Positions 1 through 9,198 of a DNA stretch of 40,551 bases are shown in pieces. Made by a program: the position numbers and the translations under genes. The stretch lies in the sequence record DRR378314_1077, one strand, 5' to 3'. The notes under the pieces were generated by a model. The model saw only the letters and a program-made list of their open reading frames with translations. It did no database searches and was not told the origin of the DNA. The first letter of the stretch is position 1, and every line of letters begins with the position of its first letter.

Positions 1-137
1 GGATCTGACACCTTAAGGAAAGCCAATAAGGCTTTCCGAGGTTCGCGGCCGAAGGACGCTACGAAGCACGGCAAAGCCGAGCGCACGATAAATCCAACTC
101 ACACACTAAAGTGGATTTCCAGATGCTAACTGCTTCA
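1..137 (+). mobile_element. Possible right end of a degenerate IS3-family insertion sequence
   Basis: The window opens with GAT CTG ACA CCT (D-L-T-P, like the 'LGxLTP' C-terminal motif of IS3 transposases), followed by a stop. The segment ends ...GTGGATTTCCAGATGCTAACTGCTTCA at 137; its reverse complement (TGAAGCAGTTAGCATC...) resembles a 5'-TG...CA-3' IS3-type terminal inverted repeat. The partner end is outside the window. Confidence 0.35.
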
Positions 138-650
138 GTCCGACATTCTTTGAGATGGAAAACGATGCCGGGGAAAAGAGATCTTTTGCATCGATGGGGA
201 TTAAATCATCAAAAAGTTTGCCGCCACTAAGCTAATATGAAACCGCCATTGTGACGACGAGAAAGCCCAATGCTGGAATTTCGGAGGGCAAAGTCGCTAT
301 GGAAATTTACTGCTATTCATGCTCGAAAACGCAACCAGTTCAATCACTAACGGCACCTTTACAATCGGCAAGACTTCAAACTCAATCACTCTGTGGTTCT
401 GGAGGTATGGCAACCCATGGAACTTTATTGGACGGCAAATTTTCCTTTGGCACTGCCGTCGGGAAAATTGTGGGGGTTAGAACAAGGTCGTTTTGGGAAA
501 ATAGTGCGGCGAAAATGCGGCAACGGGCCATTTCTCAAGATTTTTCCACACGGGAAAACTAAAAATTCTTTATTAAAAACAATGGTATAGAAAATTTAAC
601 TAGGTATATGGTGTTAAATTTTTATGTCTTGGTCACGTTTTGTTCCGGGT

Positions 651-677
651 GGAACTTTTGTGCAGCTCAGAAGTCTT
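651..677 (+). promoter_or_regulatory. Candidate ECF sigma-dependent promoter (GGAAC-N17-GTCT)
   Basis: GGAACTT at 651-657 and GTCTT at 673-677, about 50 nt upstream of the 729 start. The spacing and bases fit the GGAAC/GTC pattern of ECF promoters, and an ECF sigma gene lies downstream in the same cluster. Confidence 0.55.
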
Positions 678-728
678 TTCTATAGGAGCCAACTGTTGTC
701 GGTTGGTACATGACTTGGACCGAAGGGT

Positions 729-1268
729 ATGAGCGAAATGTTAATTGCTTCAAATAACGATTACAGACCCGAGCGTAATGTTGAAGGCTATTTTGATCAG
801 GAAATATGGCTGGAGGCATTGAAGCGTCTAGATGTGTATTTTTTACAATTCGGTGTGCAGGACGCAGAAAAGCGTAACGATCTCGCTGCTGAAGTGTTGT
901 CTCGCGTTAAGTCTTGTGGTTCACCACCCACAATATCGATGATCATGCTGACAGTAGACCAAATGCTGGATGAAAGTCCTGAGCACTTTCATGGGGCAGG
1001 TATGTCCCGCCGCCTGGAATTGGTGATTGCATCTTCGGGTAATCATGAGACAGAGTCTTCACGCGATCTTCCTGCCGGCTTTGATGAGAAAACGGTGTTC
1101 CGTTGCCTGCCGGAAAGGGAGGCGCCACAACTTATGCTGACCCAATCAATTTCCTTTCCTATGGAAAGGACCTGGAGAGCCGTATCATTCAAGCTTAAGC
1201 AGTTACGTCGCCGCGCTTCGCGCTCAGGCCAAGTTCGTATTGGCAAACAAACCGAACCGGCAAGCTAA
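729..1268 (+). CDS. Hypothetical protein coupled to opgH (OpgI-like, or a detached OpgH N-terminal region)
   Basis: 179-aa ORF with GAAGGG RBS. Its stop overlaps the opgH start (TAATG, 1266-1270). The segment LPEREAPQLMLTQSI resembles the 'PxEAPLxMPxQSL' stretch at the N-terminus of many OpgH proteins. Confidence 0.7.
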   Translation: MSEMLIASNNDYRPERNVEGYFDQEIWLEALKRLDVYFLQFGVQDAEKRNDLAAEVLSRVKSCGSPPTISMIMLTVDQMLDESPEHFHGAGMSRRLELVIASSGNHETESSRDLPAGFDEKTVFRCLPEREAPQLMLTQSISFPMERTWRAVSFKLKQLRRRASRSGQVRIGKQTEPAS

Positions 1269-3298
1269 TGAGCTCTCATAAAGGTACCTTCATTCAGCGT
1301 TCGCCTATCCTGCGTATCGGCTTTGCATTTTTGTCTCTTGGGTCGATGGCGATCGGCTTGTGGGGTGCAGCCTCACTACTGGGGATAAACTCCCTGAAAC
1401 TCCAGTGGGAGGTTTTACCCCTCATAATTCTTCTGTTGAGTTTTACCTTACTGTTTGGGTGGATTTGCACAAATTTCTGGATTGCATTTATCGGTTTTTT
1501 CGGTGCGTTAACCGGAAAATTTCAAAAGAAAACTTTAAATGCCAATCCACAAGTTTGTGATGGGCGCACGGCGATTGTTGTGCCTATTTACAATGAAAAC
1601 GTTGATCTTGTCATGTCTGGTGTAAGAGCGATGCTAGCCTCCATACAGAAATGTGGATGGCTGGATCATTTTGATCTTTATCTTTTAAGCGATACGACAG
1701 ATCAGGTGATTGCCCTGGAAGAAGAAAAAGCTTGGGCCGAACTTTGCTGTTCTTCGTTATACTCTAATAAAGTGTTTTACCGCAGAAGACCTAAAAACGA
1801 ACAACGCAAAAGTGGAAATATCAAAGAGTTTTTAGAACGTTTTGGCGCCTTTTATCGTTACATGGTGGTTTTGGATGCCGACAGCCTTATGGATGGTCGC
1901 ACGTTTGTCGAAATGGTGACGCGGATGGAGGCCAATCTAAAATTGGGTCTGTTGCAGACTTGGCCGCAAATTCTTGCTGGGGATACTCTCTTCGCACGAA
2001 TGCAACAATTTTCCTCATGGATTTATGGACGACCACTTGCCTATGGTATGGCGATGCTTTTTGGAGCGCAGGGGAATTACTGGGGGCATAATGCTATTAT
2101 CCGGATTGAGGCATTCATTGAGTCTTGTGGACTGCCGACGCTTCCTGGAAAGGAACCCCTTGGCGGAGAGATCCTCAGTCATGATTTTGTCGAAGCAGCT
2201 CTATTGATCCGACGCGGTTGGGAAGTGCGGTTAGCACCTGATCTTGGGGGTAGTTTTGAAGGCGTGCCGGCCAACCTCCAGCAAAACCTCATGCGAGATC
2301 GTCGATGGTGTCAGGGCAACCTCCAGCATGGATGGTTGCTAATGGCCAAGGGATTTCATCCCATGTCTCGGATGACATTTTTTACGGGGATAATAGCTTA
2401 TTTAGCGGCTCCGCTTTGGCTGTTTTTTGTTGTCATGACGATCGTTGTCGCCACCCAAAGCGGATTTCTTTTTGAGACAGGGCTATCCATGACCGCCATG
2501 AGCGGAGACACGTGGGCATTACGTCCTTTTTGGAAAGATGAGTTAATGTCATATTTTCTCCTTGGCGGAACCCTTGTGTCTTTATTTGGGCCAAAAATTA
2601 TGGGGTGGGTGTTGGCAATACTCGAAACTCCTAAAAAGATTGCCGGTATTTCAATTGGTGTTGTGGTTGAGACGATTTTATCAATTTTGCAGGCACCAAT
2701 TGTAATGCTTCGCCACAGTCAGTTTATTTTCGGCCTGTTCATTGGGCAGGGCGTTCGATGGGACGCGCAACAGCGGGATATTGATAGATTGCGTTGGAGT
2801 GAAGCAATCCGCACTAACTGGGATATTACGCTTTTGGGTGCGGGACTTGTTGCCATCACAATTTTCTGGGCTCCAACGGCTCTAATTTGGATCTCGCCCA
2901 TTGCCGCTGGAACCTTGCTTTCCATTCCAGTCAGTGTGTTGATGGCGCATAGCGGTATCGGAAGATATTTGCGTGTCCATCGGCTGTTCGCTATTCCAAT
3001 TGAGCTTAGACCAAGTCAGCTTATCCAGCATACGCAGCGTTTGCGATTGGCGTTAGAGGGAACACCAAAGGAGGATTTAACGCGATCAGTGATTGAAAAT
3101 CCGGTTATGAATTCGATCCACCGCATCGTGCTTTCAAGTATGGAGCCAGGCGATGAGCATGATCTGAGAACAGGTAATGAAGCCGCTCATCAACACAACT
3201 GGATGTCCTCATCTGGGCAGATAAAGGTAGAACATCTCAAGTATTGGACTGGCAATATAGATAAAACAAAAGATCCCTTAGTTGATGATCGATCGTAA
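1268..3298 (+). CDS. opgH: Periplasmic glucan biosynthesis glucosyltransferase OpgH/MdoH (GT2)
   Basis: Motifs PIYNE, LLSDT, YRRR..N..RKSGNI, VLDADSLM, NYWGHNAIIR, ILSHDFVEAAL and RDRRWCQGNLQH; several TM helices. Confidence 0.95.
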   Translation: MSSHKGTFIQRSPILRIGFAFLSLGSMAIGLWGAASLLGINSLKLQWEVLPLIILLLSFTLLFGWICTNFWIAFIGFFGALTGKFQKKTLNANPQVCDGRTAIVVPIYNENVDLVMSGVRAMLASIQKCGWLDHFDLYLLSDTTDQVIALEEEKAWAELCCSSLYSNKVFYRRRPKNEQRKSGNIKEFLERFGAFYRYMVVLDADSLMDGRTFVEMVTRMEANLKLGLLQTWPQILAGDTLFARMQQFSSWIYGRPLAYGMAMLFGAQGNYWGHNAIIRIEAFIESCGLPTLPGKEPLGGEILSHDFVEAALLIRRGWEVRLAPDLGGSFEGVPANLQQNLMRDRRWCQGNLQHGWLLMAKGFHPMSRMTFFTGIIAYLAAPLWLFFVVMTIVVATQSGFLFETGLSMTAMSGDTWALRPFWKDELMSYFLLGGTLVSLFGPKIMGWVLAILETPKKIAGISIGVVVETILSILQAPIVMLRHSQFIFGLFIGQGVRWDAQQRDIDRLRWSEAIRTNWDITLLGAGLVAITIFWAPTALIWISPIAAGTLLSIPVSVLMAHSGIGRYLRVHRLFAIPIELRPSQLIQHTQRLRLALEGTPKEDLTRSVIENPVMNSIHRIVLSSMEPGDEHDLRTGNEAAHQHNWMSSSGQIKVEHLKYWTGNIDKTKDPLVDDRS

Positions 3299-3475
3299 TT
3301 ATAACAAGAATTTGCAATGCCTCATTCTTGACATGAGAGGGTCAAACTAACGCCGCCATAAGATGTGATTTTCCTTTGAATGTATCATTGGGTGGTCTTG
3401 TGATCCCAGCAATTTAATCAGGGGCAGCAGGCCACTGACGCTGACCTTGTTTTAGAATAAAGGGGTGCCGCTGTC

Positions 3476-4024
3476 GTGCAAAAAGGTGAAGAACTAAATC
3501 AATACATACATGGCCTGAGAAAATACGCATTCGCCCTTACCAGAAGCTGGTCAGAGGCCGATGATCTGGTTCAGGAAGCCCTGCGGCGGGTTTTGGAGCA
3601 CATTCGCAGAAATCACTCAATTGATAATTTGAAATCATATCTGTTCAAGGCACTCCGAAATGTGCGCATCGATCAATTGAAAATGACGCAGACACGAGGT
3701 GTTGAGGTTTCTATGGAGGACGCTGTGGGAATGCTCTCAACGTCAGCGCAGCAGGACACCCGGTTGCAGTGTCGCGATCTGGAGAGAGGTATGCTGACGT
3801 TATCGGAAGATCAGCGCCAAGCAATCTTCCTGATATGTATGGAGGGGCTTTCCTACGAAGAAGTGGCGGACATCGCCGAGGTTCCCGTTGGGACTGTTCG
3901 TTCAAGATTACATCGTGGCAGAGAAGTGCTGCGAGATTATATGAATTCTGGCCCTGATGGATCGCAGGTTATTGCGCCGGCATCAGAGTCCACCCAGGGG
4001 TTTAGCGAGGTAGGCAATGAGTGA
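3476..4024 (+). CDS. ECF RNA polymerase sigma factor (sigma-70 group 4; PrtI/ECF26-like)
   Basis: Region 2 'LRKYAFALTRSWSEADDLVQEAL' and region 4 'EGLSYEEVA...VPVGTVRSRLHRGR'; GTG start after AGGGG. Confidence 0.92.
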   Translation: MQKGEELNQYIHGLRKYAFALTRSWSEADDLVQEALRRVLEHIRRNHSIDNLKSYLFKALRNVRIDQLKMTQTRGVEVSMEDAVGMLSTSAQQDTRLQCRDLERGMLTLSEDQRQAIFLICMEGLSYEEVADIAEVPVGTVRSRLHRGREVLRDYMNSGPDGSQVIAPASESTQGFSEVGNE

Positions 4025-4949
4025 GGGAAAACTGTTCTTACTTGTCAGCGACAGCCTACTTCAGGATTTCGTCGATGGTCGCCTTGACCCGGAAATGGCC
4101 GCGAGAGTTGAAGGGTTAATTTGCTTTGATTCAGATCTTCGAGCGAAAGCGCAGGATTATGCAGCTCTGAATGGTCAGATTAAGAACTTTCATGCATACC
4201 CTGAAAATTCAAAAATTCCAGTTGGGGTTGAAAAGCTGGCGTCTGAACTAAATGACGAACTGAGAAAAAACAAAGCACTCCGAAGTGAAGATAAACCAGC
4301 AGTATATCAAGCTTTTAGGAAAATGGCTGCGGCTTGTGTGGTGGTCGTTTTAGGGGCGCTAGGCGGTTATTTCTATGGTCCAGGTATTCAGGATGCTGGT
4401 CGGGAAACTGCACAAGTCACGTCGCTACCAACCAGTGAAGGTATCGAACATACCATCGGCACGCGAACCGTGGTTTCTATGTCTCAAGAAGGGCAGGTAC
4501 AGGAAACCTTGCCCAACATCGTTTCCGCCCTGCTGTTCTCTTTGAAGAGTTTGAATTTTCAGCTGATTGAAACACGTATTTCAAACAATGCGGACAGCGA
4601 AATGGTGCAGGTAGAGTTTCAAACGGACACGGGAGAGCGTGTAATTTTGAAACATCTAAACCAGCAAGACGGTCAGAATGAACCGATTGTCGCGCGCCAG
4701 GAAGGAAATGAGTCGATGTTATCCTGGCAGGTAAATGGTCGTTCATTCACCATGTTGGGTGAGATGGATAAAAAGACATTGCTTGAGGTTGGCCATAAAT
4801 TAATTGAGCAATTGTCTGGAAACCAGCTGCCAGAGCTTGGTGAAAGCTATCAGAGGCAAGACGCGAACAGTGATTTTGACACAAAAGTGCAAACTGAAAA
4901 CTCTGCCCCGACAGAGCCTAAACCCATTGCGGGGGATGGCTCAATCTAA
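4017..4949 (+). CDS. Transmembrane anti-sigma factor (PrtR/RsiW-like)
   Basis: Overlaps the sigma gene by 8 nt. N-terminal 'LQDFVDGRLD' anti-sigma-type motif, one TM helix (MAAACVVVVLGALGGYFYG) and a predicted periplasmic C-terminal domain. Confidence 0.82.
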   Translation: MSEGKLFLLVSDSLLQDFVDGRLDPEMAARVEGLICFDSDLRAKAQDYAALNGQIKNFHAYPENSKIPVGVEKLASELNDELRKNKALRSEDKPAVYQAFRKMAAACVVVVLGALGGYFYGPGIQDAGRETAQVTSLPTSEGIEHTIGTRTVVSMSQEGQVQETLPNIVSALLFSLKSLNFQLIETRISNNADSEMVQVEFQTDTGERVILKHLNQQDGQNEPIVARQEGNESMLSWQVNGRSFTMLGEMDKKTLLEVGHKLIEQLSGNQLPELGESYQRQDANSDFDTKVQTENSAPTEPKPIAGDGSI

Positions 4950-4991
4950 AAAATGATCACCATAAATATCAATGTCCGAAAGGATTGAAAT

Positions 4992-6563
4992 ATGAACGGA
5001 AAGCCTAATCGGCGCGCGTTGTTGAAAGTACTTCTGGCAGGCAGTGGGTTGTCGCTGCTACCAATAGGATATACTCTCGCGTTGGAGAAATCAGTAAATC
5101 CGGAAGCCAGCTTTGATGAGCTGAGCCCAATCCGCTTGGCACAAGCGTTGGCGAATAAGCCTTATGACGATGACGCTGTTGATTTGCCCAAATCCTTGAT
5201 TGAAATGAATTACAATTCCTACCAAGCAATTCGACCTAAAGGAAAAGGTTTTCTATGGTCAAAGGACAAATCGGCATTTCGCGTGGATATGTTCCATGTC
5301 GGCCGAGGGTTCAGAAAACCAGTAAATTTATATGTTGTGGATAACGGAACGGTAAAGCCAGTCGAATATACGCCCAGTCTATTTGATTATGGGTCAGAAG
5401 ATATTCGCAGTGCAACGGCACAATTGGAAAACGGATTTGCGGGTTTTCGGGCCTATTATACCGCCGATTGGGAACGTGACTTCATTGCTTTTCTAGGGGC
5501 CAGTTATTTTCGTGCTGTTGGTGGTAATAAGCAATTTGGACTATCTGCCCGTGGTCTGGCCGTGAATACCAGCTTATTTGGAAAAGAGGAATTCCCGCGG
5601 TTCACAACATTTTGGCTGGAAAAACCGGCTGCAAAAAATCACAACTTAATTGTACATGCCTTGTTGGATAGCAAATCTGTAACAGGTGCCTATCAGTTTA
5701 CCATTCGCCCGGGTAACACGACGACCATTGATGTGGTCGCAACCCTATTTGGCCGGGAAGAAGTTCAGGAACTCGGAATTGCACCCATTACATCCATGTA
5801 TTTTTTCGGTGAAAATGATTATCGCAACAGGGATGATTTTCGCCCCGAAGTTCACGATTCAGACGGGCTCTATATGGTAAAGGGGAACGGAGAGCGTGCA
5901 TGGCGTCCTGTGACCAATCCCACATCGCCCAGAGCAAGTTTCTTTAGCGATCAAAGCCCAATAGGATTTGGCCTGAGCCAACGTGATCGTGATTTTGACC
6001 ATTACCAGGATGATGGTGTTTATTATGATCGACGCCCTAATCTGTGGGTTGAACCCGTTGGGGATTGGGGGGAGGGAGATGTTGTCTTAGTGGAACTCCC
6101 TGCTGGTGATGAAACCCAAGACAACCTTGGGGCTTACTGGCGCCCGGCTGAGAGTTTGAAGCCAGGGCAAAAACGCGAGTTCCGGTACAAATTGCATTTT
6201 GGTGCTGAACACCCGTCAGCACCTGCTGATTTGGCTTGGGTAGTTGCAACCAGAACGGGCGTTGGCGGTGTGCCGGGATTGAAGACGGATAATCCGGGCC
6301 GTAAGTTCGTTGTGGATTTTGAGGGTGGTGATTTGCCGATGCTTTCGAAGGATGCATCAATAAAACCGCAAGTCTCTGTTTCTTCCGGAAAAATATCTGA
6401 GCTTGCGGTACGTGAAAACCTCGAAACCGGTGGCTTACGAATGAATTTTGATTTTTTCCCGGATGGAAAAGACGATGTTGAAATACGCGCCTTTCTCACA
6501 CTTGATGGACGCCTACTGACCGAAACGTGGCTCTATCGGTGGAACTCAGAAGGATCGGCTTGA
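4992..6563 (+). CDS. opgD: Glucan biosynthesis protein, OpgD/OpgG family (GH186), OpgD-like with Tat signal
   Basis: Twin-arginine signal NRRALLK; motifs FLGASYFRA, GLSARGLA, EEFPRF, APITSMYFFG, RPEVHDSDGL, FGLSQRDR and ETWLYRW. The Tat signal and 'ATRTGxGG' favour OpgD over OpgG. Confidence 0.9.
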   Translation: MNGKPNRRALLKVLLAGSGLSLLPIGYTLALEKSVNPEASFDELSPIRLAQALANKPYDDDAVDLPKSLIEMNYNSYQAIRPKGKGFLWSKDKSAFRVDMFHVGRGFRKPVNLYVVDNGTVKPVEYTPSLFDYGSEDIRSATAQLENGFAGFRAYYTADWERDFIAFLGASYFRAVGGNKQFGLSARGLAVNTSLFGKEEFPRFTTFWLEKPAAKNHNLIVHALLDSKSVTGAYQFTIRPGNTTTIDVVATLFGREEVQELGIAPITSMYFFGENDYRNRDDFRPEVHDSDGLYMVKGNGERAWRPVTNPTSPRASFFSDQSPIGFGLSQRDRDFDHYQDDGVYYDRRPNLWVEPVGDWGEGDVVLVELPAGDETQDNLGAYWRPAESLKPGQKREFRYKLHFGAEHPSAPADLAWVVATRTGVGGVPGLKTDNPGRKFVVDFEGGDLPMLSKDASIKPQVSVSSGKISELAVRENLETGGLRMNFDFFPDGKDDVEIRAFLTLDGRLLTETWLYRWNSEGSA

Positions 6564-6667
6564 GTTCGCCAGATCAAAGTATAGATTTTTTCTGAACCCT
6601 TTTGGTCAGATTTTTAAAGATGTGTGTTGAGAAAATGTGCAAATAGACCCGATTTGACGGTGAAATC

Positions 6668-7759
6668 ATGAATTTGCAGAAAGACGATGTTGCGAAGCGT
6701 TGTCTCCTCTTTGAGTGTACAGTGTTGACATGTTTTGGGATGATGCTTCTAGCGAGCCAATCTCACGCTGCCACGGAAAATGCGGGGCTGTCGAGTGAAG
6801 AAGAAAGAGCACTCGCATCTTCGGTGGATCGAAATGATATCGTTGCTGCCCAGGCCATTGTCATTGCGGCCCTTGCGAGGGCGTCCAATGACACGACGGA
6901 GATAATTCGAGATCTTTATACTCTGGCACCTACGCATGTTGATCGAGTGTTGAAAACAGCAATAAAGACTTTTCCTGATCTGGGCGATCGTATTACGGCT
7001 GTTGCCACTGAAGTCGCAATGGAGGTTGCTGATAACCATCCGTTGAGCCAAGAGGAACCTGTTGAAATTGATCCCCAGCACTGGTCTGGAGAAGTGGCTG
7101 TTGGCGGCAGCTATCGCCAAGCAACAACAAATACATCGACAGCTTCGATCGCTGCAGATTTCAACTATGAAGGTGATTTATGGGAGCATTATCTCTCGGG
7201 AAGTCTTGATTATGGCAGAACCGGCGGCGTAACAGATACCCATCGTTTGGTATTGGATCTGAAAACACAGCGGCAGATTTCCGAGAGTTTTTATTTATTT
7301 AGTCTCGGAGCGTTTGAGGACGACCGATTTAGTGGATTTGACTATCAGTTCACTGAAGGGGCCGGCTTGGGCTATAAAATATTTGATACACCGGTTTTTA
7401 AATTGAACATTGAAGGTGGTCCGTCCGTTCGGCAACGCAAAGTGTCTGCTACGCAGGAAGTGACCAACGAAATCCTGGCGCGACTGGCCGTGGACGTGAA
7501 CTGGAATTTTTCAGATACGGCGACCTTTACAAATGAAACCAGTCTGTTCATTGCCGAGGGCAAAGTGGAAGTAGGCAGCAGTGGTGGCGTTGGCATAGAC
7601 AATGAGCAAACAGCGAGTAATTTATCTACGTTAGATATTAAGATCGTCAGTAATCTGTCCGCTCGATTGTCCTATGAGTTTCGCTATCGCAACAATCCGC
7701 CAATTGGCGCTCCCACGACCACGTCACTGGCAAAATTTATGCTGGTTCAGAGTTTTTAA
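6668..7759 (+). CDS. DUF481/YdiY-like outer-membrane beta-barrel protein with N-terminal extension
   Basis: Signal-peptide-like N-terminus (..LLASQSHA). The barrel region starts at WSGEVAVGGS and includes 'DDRFSGFDYQ..GAGLGY', with alternating beta-strand pattern and C-terminal Phe. Confidence 0.8.
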   Translation: MNLQKDDVAKRCLLFECTVLTCFGMMLLASQSHAATENAGLSSEEERALASSVDRNDIVAAQAIVIAALARASNDTTEIIRDLYTLAPTHVDRVLKTAIKTFPDLGDRITAVATEVAMEVADNHPLSQEEPVEIDPQHWSGEVAVGGSYRQATTNTSTASIAADFNYEGDLWEHYLSGSLDYGRTGGVTDTHRLVLDLKTQRQISESFYLFSLGAFEDDRFSGFDYQFTEGAGLGYKIFDTPVFKLNIEGGPSVRQRKVSATQEVTNEILARLAVDVNWNFSDTATFTNETSLFIAEGKVEVGSSGGVGIDNEQTASNLSTLDIKIVSNLSARLSYEFRYRNNPPIGAPTTTSLAKFMLVQSF

Positions 7760-7844
7760 GGGCTGAAATTCCAATCCGTAAATGTGCCCCTGAAAACAAG
7801 TGAAGCGTTTCAAATTACCTTTTACAATTAAAATCCTATAACCT

Positions 7845-8342
7845 TTAAACTCCCGAAAATTTCGATACGCTGCGTGCTTTCTCGATAGCGGCAATGTCGA
7901 TTTTTTTCATCGTCAGCATTGCTTCAAATGCCCGTTTGGCGTCTGCCCCACCGGAAGCAAGCGCCTCCATCAATATCCTGGGCGTGATTTGCCAGGAAAT
8001 TCCCCACTTGTCCCGGCACCAACCGCAGGCACTTTCTTCGCCGCCGTTTTCAACAATGGCATCCCAGTAGTGGTCGGTCTCCGCCTGATTTTCTGTGGAT
8101 ATTTGAAAGGAGAAAGCCTCGCTGTGCTGGAATGCGTTCCCACCATTTAAGCCAAGACAAGCTATACCGAGTACTTTAAAGTTTACGGTGAAAACATCAC
8201 CTGCTTTACCGGATGGAAAGTCGCTGGGGGCATGATTGACCCCAAGTACCTCACTATTTGGAAAGGTCTGCGCATAGAAATGGGCAGCGGCCTCGGCGCC
8301 TGTATCGTACCAAAGGCAAATCGTGTTCTTTGCGATGATCAT
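7845..8342 (-). CDS. VOC-family protein (PhnB/3-demethylubiquinone-9 3-methyltransferase-like)
   Basis: Motifs ICLWYD..AEAAAHFY, GLNGG, EAFSFQI, ESACGWCRDKWGISWQITP and MKKIDIA. Start moved to the ATG at 8342, which has a GAGGA RBS. Confidence 0.9.
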   Translation of the reverse strand: MIIAKNTICLWYDTGAEAAAHFYAQTFPNSEVLGVNHAPSDFPSGKAGDVFTVNFKVLGIACLGLNGGNAFQHSEAFSFQISTENQAETDHYWDAIVENGGEESACGWCRDKWGISWQITPRILMEALASGGADAKRAFEAMLTMKKIDIAAIEKARSVSKFSGV

Positions 8343-8376
8343 TCTTGGGAGTCCTCTTAAAAAGAGTAAGCAGTGA

Positions 8377-9102
8377 TCAAGCGGTGGTGGTTGAATCAAA
8401 CAAGGGCTCAAAGCCAGCCCACATCATTCGCATTCCGTCAAAAGGCATTTTGTTCATGTCTGTATTGTCCATTTCGGCTTCCATCATTTTAGATGCAGCA
8501 TCGCAAGTGGCGCGGTCAGGCCAGCATATCCAACTGAATACAGGCATTTCATCCGCTTCGGCTTTGGTCGCACGGTAAAAATCGGTTTTCTGACCGCGCG
8601 GTACGTCCTCTCCCCAACATTCGATAATACCCATAGCACCTAGTTTCTCGAACATGTCCCAACCTTCTTTGGCGGCTTCGATATAGGGCGTCTTGTTACG
8701 GGTTGGTACAGCCAGCAGGAAACCTTGATAGTATCCTACGTCATTGTGAATACCTTCCTCATAGATCGGCATAAATCCACCAAAGATCATGCGACTGCCG
8801 TCAAAAGGCATTTCTGGTAGTTCGGCCATGGCAGGATCATCCTGCATTTTTTGCCATGAGGCATCTGCTGTTGTTTTGTCCGGCCATTCGATCCAGGCAA
8901 AAACAATCGTCTCCAATTCGGTGGCGCTTACCGCTTCATAAAAATCGGTTATTTTTCCCTTGGGGACATCCACGCCCCAAGTTTCGATCATGCGGATCGC
9001 ACCATAAGATTTGAAGAGTGGCCAGGCAGCCTTGACATGTTTTTCGTACTCGTCTTTCTTGGCCGTTGGCACTGCTGCTAAGGATCCTGTGATATATGTC
9101 AT
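8377..9102 (-). CDS. Tandem (two-domain) DUF1428/YbaA-family protein
   Basis: Two homologous halves, each with WGxDVPxGxxTDFY...VFxWIxWPD...MPFDGxRMxxxGF. Confidence 0.88.
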   Translation of the reverse strand: MTYITGSLAAVPTAKKDEYEKHVKAAWPLFKSYGAIRMIETWGVDVPKGKITDFYEAVSATELETIVFAWIEWPDKTTADASWQKMQDDPAMAELPEMPFDGSRMIFGGFMPIYEEGIHNDVGYYQGFLLAVPTRNKTPYIEAAKEGWDMFEKLGAMGIIECWGEDVPRGQKTDFYRATKAEADEMPVFSWICWPDRATCDAASKMMEAEMDNTDMNKMPFDGMRMMWAGFEPLFDSTTTA

Positions 9103-9198
9103 ATAGTGTCTCCGTTCGTTCTGTGTATTTGTCGCAATCCCGCTTGTTAATTCATCATGACAAGGTTAGTATTAAAAAACAACTGAAAGTATGAAAAA

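Noticed and set aside
17-37. Hairpin GGAAAGCC-AATAA-GGCTTTCC
   Set aside because: A real 8-bp inverted repeat, but with no U-tract and at the window edge no function can be assigned; included in the possible IS remnant.
251-590. Overlapping ORFs 251..562 and 393..590 upstream of the glucan locus
   Set aside because: GTG starts, no recognisable motifs and mutual overlap; probably non-coding or decayed sequence.
8343-8411. N-terminal extension of the VOC ORF in the track
   Set aside because: Overlaps the DUF1428 gene; the ATG at 8342 has a good RBS and matches the family start.
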